Shown here piece by piece: positions 18,315 through 26,018 of a stretch of DNA of 64,000 nucleotides. Source of the stretch: a virus. The notes under the pieces were generated by a model that was not told the DNA's origin, made no database searches, and was given only the letters and a program-made list of their open reading frames with translations. Both the position numbers and the translations under genes were made by a program. How positions within the stretch are numbered: position 1 is the first letter of the stretch; every line of letters starts with the position of its first letter. The DNA lies in IMG/VR virus record IMGVR_UViG_3300006175_000011, positions 3,017 through 67,016 of that record; one strand, 5' to 3'.

Positions 18315-18623
18315 ATGTCACGCAACAACAAAACGATTGCATTTCCGTGCGTTTTGAAAACGATCATTTCGCACACGCATCGCGACGACAAAACGTTCGC
18401 ACGCAACGACAAACAAATTCGCGCGACATTGCGCGCAAAATCGATCAACGATCACATTCGCAACACGTCGTGGATCGCAACGAATATGCGTGAATATGAC
18501 GCGATACGTCGCGCATACGATGCGCGTTACGATGCGTCGTTCGCACGCGCAAAGCGTGTCACGAAATCGCGTGTCGCGCCGAACGTCGTCGTTGTCGACG
18601 ACAATGCGAACGTTGACGCGTAA
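18315..18623 (+). CDS. 102-aa basic Gly-free protein, divergent member of the HTH-like paralogue family
   Basis: MSRNNKTIAF...NDKQIRATLRAKSINDHIRNTSW; ATG after promoter and GAAAGTG. Confidence 0.65.
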   Translation: MSRNNKTIAFPCVLKTIISHTHRDDKTFARNDKQIRATLRAKSINDHIRNTSWIATNMREYDAIRRAYDARYDASFARAKRVTKSRVAPNVVVVDDNANVDA

Positions 18624-18685
18624 CGCAATCGCATGGCGTTGAACGCGAATACGCGCAACGCTACACGTTGAAAGGATAACACGCG

Positions 18686-18763
18686 ATGACACGCATTGAC
18701 GTATATGCGTTAACAATGATCGTTTGCGTAACGTTGATCGTTGTAACGTATTTGTCGCATTGA
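18686..18763 (+). CDS. 25-aa single-TM peptide (not in ORF track)
   Basis: AAAGGA SD; MTRIDVYALTMIVCVTLIVVTYLSH. Confidence 0.55.
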   Translation: MTRIDVYALTMIVCVTLIVVTYLSH

Positions 18764-18889
18764 ACGCACGCGACACGCATATGACCGCCCGCATGCAAAA
18801 ACCGGGCCATATGCGTACAGCACGCACCTGGTCCCCATCTATATTTCTAAGGTTTTAAGACTTAACGTAATTACGTGTCGAGGTAAATC

Positions 18890-19171
18890 ATGAACCTAAT
18901 GTCTGATGCTCCACAAGACGGACAATGCATCCTTCTACTCTTTTGGCCTAGGCTCTACAAGAACAAACGGGTCAAGGGAATAAACTTCAACGGCTACGAG
19001 AGGACGACCTTTCCCAAGTGGGAAGAGTGTCGGTGGATCAGTAACGAAGCAAGGACTGGATCTCCACCTCACTGGGAACCTTGGTGTGGGGAGAAGAATA
19101 CCTATAGCTCCCAGCATATAAACAACAAAGACGCTATAGGCTGGCTACCTGTACCTGAAAGAGGAGACTGA
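18890..19171 (+). CDS. Hypothetical protein (DUF551-like)
   Basis: MSDAPQDG..ILL...GWLPVPE; GAGG SD. Confidence 0.55.
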   Translation: MNLMSDAPQDGQCILLLFWPRLYKNKRVKGINFNGYERTTFPKWEECRWISNEARTGSPPHWEPWCGEKNTYSSQHINNKDAIGWLPVPERGD

Positions 19172-19172
19172 T

Positions 19173-19520
19173 ATGGAGATCTATCAACAAGCGCACGACC
19201 TAATCGAGAGACTCGAACGTCAAGACAGGAACACAATGAACATGGACTGTGACGCAGCAGCTCAATTCTTGACAACCCTCTTCGGCAAACCACCTCCTCG
19301 GCCAAGTCTCCCCGAACCCAAACCGCAATATCTCGAAGACGGCTACTATTGGTTCAAGTGCGAGAGAGCCTCAGCCCGATCCATCGCTCAGCACGTCAGA
19401 GGACACTGGTACACCGTCAATGAAGACGGACCAATCGACATACTCGAACTTAACCGTCGAGGTTGGATACTGGACGAGATGGTCCACGACGAGAAAGCTT
19501 GGAGGCCGGGAGAAGACTGA
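19173..19520 (+). CDS. Hypothetical protein
   Basis: AGGAG SD; EDGYYWFK. Confidence 0.6.
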   Translation: MEIYQQAHDLIERLERQDRNTMNMDCDAAAQFLTTLFGKPPPRPSLPEPKPQYLEDGYYWFKCERASARSIAQHVRGHWYTVNEDGPIDILELNRRGWILDEMVHDEKAWRPGED

Positions 19521-19704
19521 ATAAAGACAAGCCGGCGGCACTACGTGTTATAGACATAAAGGAAGTACCTGTGAGACTAATACCCCTATTACTCTTGATC
19601 GCAGTAATCATGTTGGCCGGCTATGGCAGCACAATGATGCGAGGCCTGTCCTGGGGCGTAGGCCGGGAGGTCGCCCACACCGCATTCCACCACAGGCGGT
19701 ATAG

Positions 19705-19935
19705 ATGACCTACTTCGTAGAACGAACAGTATTCGAAGCTGAAGCTTTTGCGAGCAACACCCGAGAAGCTATGATAGATAATCAACTCAACGATTATCTA
19801 GACGATCGACACAACCACTCTCAGCCTAGAGGGCTAGTGTCGGTACAACAGACTTCGGAGAACAGCAAAGACAAAACCTTAAAGGTTGAATTTCTTCTAG
19901 TCTGGCGAAATCACAAAGTGGAAGCCTACAGATGA
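19705..19935 (+). CDS. Hypothetical protein
   Basis: Coupled ORF; resembles the C-terminal part of the next ORF. Confidence 0.5.
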   Translation: MTYFVERTVFEAEAFASNTREAMIDNQLNDYLDDRHNHSQPRGLVSVQQTSENSKDKTLKVEFLLVWRNHKVEAYR

Positions 19936-20234
19936 AGACACCCAGCTGTCCGTACTGTGGCGAGCCCATGATACGGCAGCTAAAACAAAAGCCTTTCTAC
20001 TCTTGGATATGCTACAACAGTCACAAGGAGAACACCATGAAGTTCCGTACCGAGATCTTTGTCACCGAGTCACGTGGCCGAGACATGAGTCGACACCTCG
20101 ACGTTCTATTGAATGAACGACGATTTCCCGTAACCCGCCTGGTGTCAGTCGCCCCGTTCGGACCACCGGCACCTTCAAGCCATCACGACTTCAAGGACCT
20201 GTGTCAATTCCTCGTAACGTGGGAAGTGCCGTGA
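19932..20234 (+). CDS. Hypothetical protein with N-terminal Zn ribbon; internal SD/ATG at MKFRTE
   Basis: CPYCG..C...H; internal AAGGAG. Confidence 0.5.
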   Translation: MKTPSCPYCGEPMIRQLKQKPFYSWICYNSHKENTMKFRTEIFVTESRGRDMSRHLDVLLNERRFPVTRLVSVAPFGPPAPSSHHDFKDLCQFLVTWEVP

Positions 20235-20476
20235 AGGCATGGACTCCCGAGCATCGCAGGAAAGAGTGGCGTAGGTGCGTCTGCACTTACCTCCCGAAAG
20301 CATTCGCTAAGACCACGCCGCCACACCCGAGCAGCAAGGTTATACCAAACCTCCTGTTCAGCGCAACGTTGGTCAATCACGGTCCGCGGTATTGGGCGTT
20401 TGCATCCGTCGCGCAACGTGATAGGTTCGTTCAATACATCCACGGCGCTCAAGCATGCGAGGATCCCTGCCCATGA
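20231..20476 (+). CDS. Hypothetical protein
   Basis: GTGA coupling. Confidence 0.45.
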   Translation: MKAWTPEHRRKEWRRCVCTYLPKAFAKTTPPHPSSKVIPNLLFSATLVNHGPRYWAFASVAQRDRFVQYIHGAQACEDPCP

Positions 20477-20871
20477 TATTCCGACGAAAGCCGAAACCCG
20501 TTCCTTGTCCGAGCGACATTCTCGCACAGCTAGTAGCCGCTCGTATGATTGCCGCCCCAGAGACTGTGAGGTATCATTCCGCCCATTCCTCCGCCCTGTG
20601 GGAAGACAAGGACACGGGTATTAAGCTTAAGGCGGAGTCACTCCACAAATCCTGGCTTTTCACGGGTGTTGATACTTTCACTCACCGGGGGGTGGAGCTT
20701 CGACCAACGGGTCTCGGCACAGATGCACTCATAAAGGCCTTGAACTTTTGCCGAGACGTCCAACTAGCTAGGATCCAGGCAGAGAAACAATATGCGGGAG
20801 ACATGGCGGCACTTGACGCAATGGAGAAACTACTGAAAATAGGAAGTAGCAATGGCGAAGAAACTAACTGA
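20473..20871 (+). CDS. Hypothetical protein
   Basis: GAGG SD, ATGA coupling. Confidence 0.5.
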   Translation: MIFRRKPKPVPCPSDILAQLVAARMIAAPETVRYHSAHSSALWEDKDTGIKLKAESLHKSWLFTGVDTFTHRGVELRPTGLGTDALIKALNFCRDVQLARIQAEKQYAGDMAALDAMEKLLKIGSSNGEETN

Positions 20872-21374
20872 GCAACAAGATGAAAACCTAGGTCAAATCC
20901 ACCACAGCGCCTTGGAACTGTGTCGTCTGGTGCTGCTGTGTACGATCAACCGACGGGTAGGTCGTGAGTGGTGGCTGAAAATGACTCACGCCCACGAATA
21001 CATCGGCAAAGCACTGGAGAAGATACAGCCATGAATAAAGTTCACTTTCGCTATCCCATCTTCTGGACTGCTTGTAACCTGGCGGCTCGACGCAGGGCAC
21101 TCGGTTCAAAGATTAGGGTCACCAGCAACAAGGCGCTAGTCACCTGTGGTAGCTGCAGGAATACTCAAGGGTTCTTCACTATGGATGACAAGCCCGACGA
21201 CGTTGTGACCGACAAGACACCATCACTTCGGAAGGACGGGTAGGTTGAAGGGGTTATTGGCCACGCCGATCCCGCTTTGGCAACTAGCGCTGATCCTTGC
21301 GATCTACGTTATCTACAAAGAGGTCGTGAAGCTTCTGTGGAAGCTAAGCATCAAGGCGATCAAAGGAAAGATCA

Positions 21375-21590
21375 ATGGAAGAGAAAGCTTACAACAGCCT
21401 GAGTACGAAAGTCAGGAACGCCCTGCACCGCAACAGAGCCAAGAGCTTCCCGCCGCTGACCGGGTTTCACAGCCCGCTGGTTGACACGAAGCCTTGGGAG
21501 TTGCCGATCAGGGATCTGCTCAAGATCAAGGGTATTGGGCCGGCGGCGATTAAGGAAATTGCTCAAGTAGCGGAGAAACTCTGTGTCTGA
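21375..21590 (+). CDS. RNA polymerase alpha-CTD-like helix-hairpin-helix protein
   Basis: LSTKVRNALHR...DLLKIKGIGPAAIKEI matches the alpha-CTD LSxRxxNxL..LLKxxNLGxKSxxEI pattern. Confidence 0.65.
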   Translation: MEEKAYNSLSTKVRNALHRNRAKSFPPLTGFHSPLVDTKPWELPIRDLLKIKGIGPAAIKEIAQVAEKLCV

Positions 21591-22476
21591 TATGGAAAAG
21601 GTTTATTGGCGCTTTGCAAATGAGCGCCTGCGCATGTATCACCGTCGGCTCAAGGGTAAGGAGTCACTGACGAAGGATTCCATTCTTCGGGATCATCGGT
21701 TCACCAACGCCTATCGCGCCAGCGACCGCGTCAGTCAATACCTGATCCGTGAAGTTCAATACGGCGAAGAAGAACGCAAGAAAGAACTGTTCTTCCGGAC
21801 ATTGCTCTTTAAGATCTTCAATAAGATCGAGACCTGGCAAATGATCCAAGGCCATTTCGACGAACCTATCACTAGTCATGACCTTAAACATATTCGCAAG
21901 CTTCTGGTGAAACACGGGGGCAAAGGCCTTTACTCCGCAGCGTACATCCAGGCAAGTCCGGCCGGCAAGGGTGTCAGTAAAGCTATCGCACACATTGATC
22001 TATTGACAGCTCTCATGGATTTACCTCTTTGGAAGAACGTCCGCGATGCCCGATCACTCGAGGAAGTTTTTCTTCACATGAGGTCTATCCGTAGTTTCGG
22101 TGATTTCCTTGCCTACCAATATACTATCGACTTGAATTACTCTACGATGATCGACTTCGACGAGAACGACTTCGTAGTTCCTGGGCCCGGAGCACTGGAC
22201 GGTATCAGCAAGATTATGCCCGGCACGCATCCCGTGAAGGCGATACGCCATATGACCAAGCGTGCCCGCGATGAGATGGGTGATACCCTCTTCGGTAGAC
22301 AGCTTCACCTGATCGATTGTCAGAATCTCTTCTGTGAGATCAGCAAATACACCCGCGTTAGTCATCCGACGATCCAGGGCGTATCAGGTAGGACCACGAT
22401 CAAACAGAACTATACGCCACACTCAGAGCCTTTGCCTCGACCATTCTTTCCGCCGAAGTGGAACCTCGAGTATTGA
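21583..22476 (+). CDS. aGPT-Pplase1 / 5-hmdU DNA kinase helical-domain family DNA base hypermodification protein
   Basis: FANER..DSILRDHRFTNAYRASDRVSQYLI, FKIFN..ETW, GDFLAYQY.IDLNYS, GPGA..G, DCQNLFCEISKY.R. Confidence 0.85.
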   Translation: MSDMEKVYWRFANERLRMYHRRLKGKESLTKDSILRDHRFTNAYRASDRVSQYLIREVQYGEEERKKELFFRTLLFKIFNKIETWQMIQGHFDEPITSHDLKHIRKLLVKHGGKGLYSAAYIQASPAGKGVSKAIAHIDLLTALMDLPLWKNVRDARSLEEVFLHMRSIRSFGDFLAYQYTIDLNYSTMIDFDENDFVVPGPGALDGISKIMPGTHPVKAIRHMTKRARDEMGDTLFGRQLHLIDCQNLFCEISKYTRVSHPTIQGVSGRTTIKQNYTPHSEPLPRPFFPPKWNLEY

Positions 22477-22531
22477 CCGGTTGACGCCGGTGACCAGTCA
22501 ACACACAATGACATAGTGAAAGGAGACTAAG

Positions 22532-22780
22532 ATGTCCAGCAGTAATCAAGACATCCTCGATGCACTCGAGTCCATTGCTCGTGAGGCACCAGTGAGTTTA
22601 CTCGAACAACGAGGTATGATGGCCTGCGCTCACATATCCGCGGCAATCAGCCTCAAACGCATCGCCGATAAGCTCGAGGAAGGACTCCCCGTCAGCGTTC
22701 CTCAAGAGACCTATCTCAAGGTCATCGACCTGGCTTATGAAGCCGGTCAATCATTTACTCGCGGAAGGAATGCAGGATGA
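22532..22780 (+). CDS. Hypothetical protein
   Basis: TTGACG promoter and AAGGAG SD; AISLKRIAD. Confidence 0.6.
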   Translation: MSSSNQDILDALESIAREAPVSLLEQRGMMACAHISAAISLKRIADKLEEGLPVSVPQETYLKVIDLAYEAGQSFTRGRNAG

Positions 22781-22974
22781 GCCGTACCAAGATTAGCACG
22801 TTGACGAGGCAACCGCTCTACCTTCGGCAGCCCACCGAGGCGGAACAAAAAGAGATTAATCCACAGGGATCGGCAACCTTCCTTCTGGTTGATGGATCTA
22901 ACAAGGCGGTTGCTATGATCGAGATCGATGACCTGTTCGACGAGAACGGTAATCGTTTCGAGGACGATACGTGA
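22777..22974 (+). CDS. Hypothetical protein
   Basis: ATGA coupling. Confidence 0.5.
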   Translation: MSRTKISTLTRQPLYLRQPTEAEQKEINPQGSATFLLVDGSNKAVAMIEIDDLFDENGNRFEDDT

Positions 22975-23042
22975 GATTTAACCGGTTGACGTAGACTCCC
23001 ATCATTGCGATAACAGTGATGTCATCAACGAGGAGATAATCA

Positions 23043-23201
23043 ATGCCGAAGACCACCCTGAAGCTCGACCGCGACACCAAGGGCACGTTCGTTTTCAAGA
23101 ACGACGCCGAGGACGCGCCGATCCCATCGCTCTACATCAAGAAGCATGCCTTTCCCGGCGATGCGCCGAAGTCGATCACCGTCGAGTTCAAGGCTGCCTG
23201 A
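23043..23201 (+). CDS. 52-aa small beta-rich protein (not in ORF track)
   Basis: TTGACG-17-GATAAC promoter, AGGAG SD; MPKTTLKLDRDTKGTFVF...SLYIKK. Confidence 0.7.
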   Translation: MPKTTLKLDRDTKGTFVFKNDAEDAPIPSLYIKKHAFPGDAPKSITVEFKAA

Positions 23202-23482
23202 TGCCTGTCTACCGCCCGAAGCTCGTTTCCCAGAAGGCGGTCGTGGAGTACCGGTCCTCGTCGGATCGGTACTTCATTTGCTATCCCGATCTCAAGATGG
23301 AGTTGGTGATGGCGTTCAAGAGTAAGCAGACTGCTGCCGAGATAGCGATCAACGCTGAAGCCGGCACTCCCTTCTTTACGATGATCCCGACTGTGGATTA
23401 TGACACGCCCTATCCCCGGCCGGATTATGAATATCCGCCGGTGCGCAATCCCGCGGTGTTTCCGCTGGTATTGAAGGATTGA
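23201..23482 (+). CDS. Hypothetical protein
   Basis: TGATG coupling. Confidence 0.5.
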   Translation: MPVYRPKLVSQKAVVEYRSSSDRYFICYPDLKMELVMAFKSKQTAAEIAINAEAGTPFFTMIPTVDYDTPYPRPDYEYPPVRNPAVFPLVLKD

Positions 23483-23533
23483 CATTTTAACGTGATTGCG
23501 TTAATGTCTCATAGTCGCATTTCGCGACTGGAG
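23479..23533 (+). promoter_or_regulatory. Promoter + variant hairpin + SD
   Basis: TTGACA-17-TAATGT, AGTCGC-ATTTC-GCGACT, GGAG. Confidence 0.65.
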
Positions 23534-23541
23534 ATAATCGT

Positions 23542-23844
23542 ATGTCCATGACAGTGCGAGTTCAGGCACGAGCCTGGGGCGCTATCGTGACCGTCGCCAA
23601 GACGACTCAGGGCGAGGAAGGTCACATCACCGAAGACCACGAGGAACACGTTCTCGGCGCAAACGAGGATCGAGTCTTCCACGTCGAGCCCGGTTATTCG
23701 GTGACCGCCGTTCACGGCAAGGAACCCACCGCCGAAGAGGAAACTGCCGAAACCGTTTCGGCCGAGGATCCCGCGGCATCCGGCAAACGCAAGGGCTTCA
23801 AATCGCCCGCCGACAATGAGTCGGCTACCGACACGCAGATCTAA
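23542..23844 (+). CDS. Hypothetical acidic protein
   Basis: Own promoter and SD. Confidence 0.65.
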   Translation: MSMTVRVQARAWGAIVTVAKTTQGEEGHITEDHEEHVLGANEDRVFHVEPGYSVTAVHGKEPTAEEETAETVSAEDPAASGKRKGFKSPADNESATDTQI

Positions 23845-23852
23845 CCTCGAAC

Positions 23853-23876
23853 GAGGGGTCGTTTCGACGGCCCCTC
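23853..23876 (+). terminator. Stable hairpin with UUCG loop
   Basis: GAGGGGTCGT-TTCG-ACGGCCCCTC; no U-tract. Confidence 0.4.
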
Positions 23877-23883
23877 ACAGGAG

Positions 23884-24270
23884 ATGACAATGGCCAAGAA
23901 CGGCATCCCGAAGACCGCCATAACTGAGAAAACCCTGAGGAAGCACATTCGGGGAGCCGCGAAGTCTCACTCTTCCGTTAGTGCATGGGCTGTGGAAAAC
24001 GGACTCACAGCACAGCAAGTCACGGCTTTTCTGCGTAAGACGCAAGGTGCTGGACTCAAATTGCCCGAACTACTCGGGTATCGGCCTCAGTTAATCTTCA
24101 TCCCATTGAATGAGGACCTGATCTGCACCCTTCCACCGCCGCGCGTAAAAGCTACCAAAAGGCCCACGAAAAAGGTCGATCATAGCCTTGAACCTGTTGT
24201 AAAGAAGGGCAACAAGCCTAAGGACGACCGTAAAGACACCAAAAAGCGATTGAAAAAGAGGAAGAAATAA
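23884..24270 (+). CDS. HTH-like DNA-binding protein with Lys-rich tail
   Basis: SVSAWAVENGLTAQQVTAFL. Confidence 0.55.
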   Translation: MTMAKNGIPKTAITEKTLRKHIRGAAKSHSSVSAWAVENGLTAQQVTAFLRKTQGAGLKLPELLGYRPQLIFIPLNEDLICTLPPPRVKATKRPTKKVDHSLEPVVKKGNKPKDDRKDTKKRLKKRKK

Positions 24271-24617
24271 TGCCCCTGCTTTTCTACGGGGTTTTGCCCA
24301 ATAAGCGTAAACGAAGGCTATACAGCAAGAATTTACGCGAGATCGAGACCTCTTTGTTCGATCATTTCAAGATCAAAGACCTTGCGCCTTACAGTCGACT
24401 GCATCATGTGGCCAATTTCTGGCACCTGATCTCGCTCGACACCACGGCGATTGCTTGGCACACCGACGACGGTGAGAAAGAGCAAGTCATATTCATTCCC
24501 GGTATTCATAACCAGATTGACTCGTTAGCTATCGCTCGACTTGAGTTTGGATCGGTTATGCCCGGCGCCACGACATTCCGGTTCAACAACAAGGTCTATG
24601 TCCATGAGTATACTTAA
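24270..24617 (+). CDS. Hypothetical protein
   Basis: Coupled ORF. Confidence 0.5.
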   Translation: MPLLFYGVLPNKRKRRLYSKNLREIETSLFDHFKIKDLAPYSRLHHVANFWHLISLDTTAIAWHTDDGEKEQVIFIPGIHNQIDSLAIARLEFGSVMPGATTFRFNNKVYVHEYT

Positions 24618-24816
24618 TGGGATGGTGAACGTAGTTCTACCACCGGAGGCGGTTGACTTTCTCATTCGTAACTGCGATGACAGCATCAAGCAAGGTCAAC
24701 GTCTGCTGATGCCTTTAGCTGATGTCGAATTGACGCCGCCTCAAAGGGACGACATTCGGAGCATGATGACCAAGTTTGAGATCATCAAGGCCGCGGCGGA
24801 AAGGTCATTACGATGA
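24604..24816 (+). CDS. Hypothetical protein
   Basis: Fills the gap to the ligase, ATGA coupling. Confidence 0.45.
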   Translation: MSILNGMVNVVLPPEAVDFLIRNCDDSIKQGQRLLMPLADVELTPPQRDDIRSMMTKFEIIKAAAERSLR

Positions 24817-25712
24817 TAAAGCGCCCGATGAAGGGACCTCAGGCTACGGACCTGACAATCATCAAGTTTCCTGTGATCGCTTTTCCCAAGATTGACGGAT
24901 TCCGCTGCATCCTCGGCACAGAGCCGATGACGAGCCGTTTATCTCCTTTTCCTAACAAGCACTTCATGAAGGAAGCGTCCGGCCTTTTGGACTGCGGTGC
25001 CTTACTCGATGGCGAAATCGTCTGTGGCAGTAAAAAGAAGAAAGGCGTCCTCGGGCGCACGAGCAGCGGACTGACGACCCGAGAAGGCGAGCCCGATTGG
25101 ACTCTATGGGTATTTGATGCACCGAGCGTCGGCTTCTTTCGTGTTCGTTTCCTCGAGGCTACTCAAATTGTCAAGGATCTTGACCATCCCCGAATAAAGA
25201 TCCTAAAGGGTCGGATCATTGAAAACTTGCCATCCTTGAACCGGTTCATTGAGGAATGTCTGGCCAAAGGTTATGAGGGTGTAATCACCCGTAATCCGGA
25301 AGGTTTCTACAAACAGGGTAAGTCCACACTCCGTGAACAAGGCATGCTGAAGATTAAACCCTTCGAAGATGCCGAGGGTCGAGTTACAGGTTACTTCGAA
25401 GAGGAGAAGAACAACAATGAAGCAAAAAGGGAAATCACCGGCAAGCTCAAGCGATCAAGCGCCAAAGCGGGTAAAGTCGGAAAAGGACGTCTCGGAGGAC
25501 TCATACTCGAGGATGTTAAATCAGGCGTTGAGGTCCGGGTGGGAGGCGGCTTCACCCAACAGGAACGGATCAACCTCTGGCCAATTCGTAAAAGCCTCCT
25601 CGGCAAACTTGTCAAATACAAGAAGCAGCAAGTCGGAGAAAAGGATAAGCCGCGCCATCCGGGCTTTCGCGAATTTATTGGGTGGCGACCGGATTGGGAT
25701 CTGGCAGAATAA
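24813..25712 (+). CDS. lig: ATP-dependent DNA ligase
   Basis: PKIDGFR (motif I), LDGEI, VFD, GYEGVI.R, LKIKP, OB-fold GGGF. Confidence 0.92.
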   Translation: MIKRPMKGPQATDLTIIKFPVIAFPKIDGFRCILGTEPMTSRLSPFPNKHFMKEASGLLDCGALLDGEIVCGSKKKKGVLGRTSSGLTTREGEPDWTLWVFDAPSVGFFRVRFLEATQIVKDLDHPRIKILKGRIIENLPSLNRFIEECLAKGYEGVITRNPEGFYKQGKSTLREQGMLKIKPFEDAEGRVTGYFEEEKNNNEAKREITGKLKRSSAKAGKVGKGRLGGLILEDVKSGVEVRVGGGFTQQERINLWPIRKSLLGKLVKYKKQQVGEKDKPRHPGFREFIGWRPDWDLAE

Positions 25713-25717
25713 ACCAG

Positions 25718-25769
25718 TTGATGGACAGTTATCCGTATGCGATAATGTTGACGCAACGACGCAACGGAG
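25718..25769 (+). promoter_or_regulatory. Promoter + degenerate GCAACGACGC motif + SD
   Basis: TTGATG-17-GATAAT, GC-AACGAC-GC, GGAG. Confidence 0.65.
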
Positions 25770-25776
25770 ATATAAC

Positions 25777-26007
25777 ATGCGAACGATTGAACTCGAGGAC
25801 GACGACTTCGCACAGGTACGAGCTGCATTGATGACGATGAGTGAGGTCAGCGACATGCAGATCAACACATCGCTTGAACTGATCGCTCGACTAAGGCGCG
25901 ATGAGCCTGACGCCGCTGCGGGGACAATCACCGACCTCGAGGGACAGGTTCAAGACTTCGAGCTCGACAGCGAAAACCTTAAGCGCATCGCGCAACTATT
26001 CAGCTAA
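25777..26007 (+). CDS. Hypothetical acidic coiled-coil protein
   Basis: GGAG SD before ATG 25777; the upstream extension in the track overlaps the ligase. Confidence 0.65.
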   Translation: MRTIELEDDDFAQVRAALMTMSEVSDMQINTSLELIARLRRDEPDAAAGTITDLEGQVQDFELDSENLKRIAQLFS

Positions 26008-26018
26008 GGAATTGATCG

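Larger units (their letters stand above)
18181..18784. other. CC/CT/GG/AG-depleted compositional island
   Basis: Hand count of 9 such dinucleotides in ~604 bp. Confidence 0.95.

Noticed and set aside
18181-18784. Island explained as a tandem repeat, CRISPR array, Z-DNA tract or UV-dimer avoidance
   Set aside because: There is no repeat unit or spacer structure. TT and TC, the main photoproduct sites, and A-tracts are abundant, so only CC/CT are avoided
18114-18827. Long overlapping ORFs on both strands across the island (18114 start, 18318-18827 minus)
   Set aside because: Loss of AG/CT removes TAG stops and inflates ORF length. Only 18315 and 18686 have promoter or SD support
23487-23504. 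Possible CtrA box
   Set aside because: The TTAA half-sites are 10 bp apart, not 7. No convincing full CtrA site was found by eye
25369-25776. N-terminal extension of the 212-aa ORF overlapping the ligase
   Set aside because: A promoter, motif and SD point to ATG 25777; the extension is shadow frame
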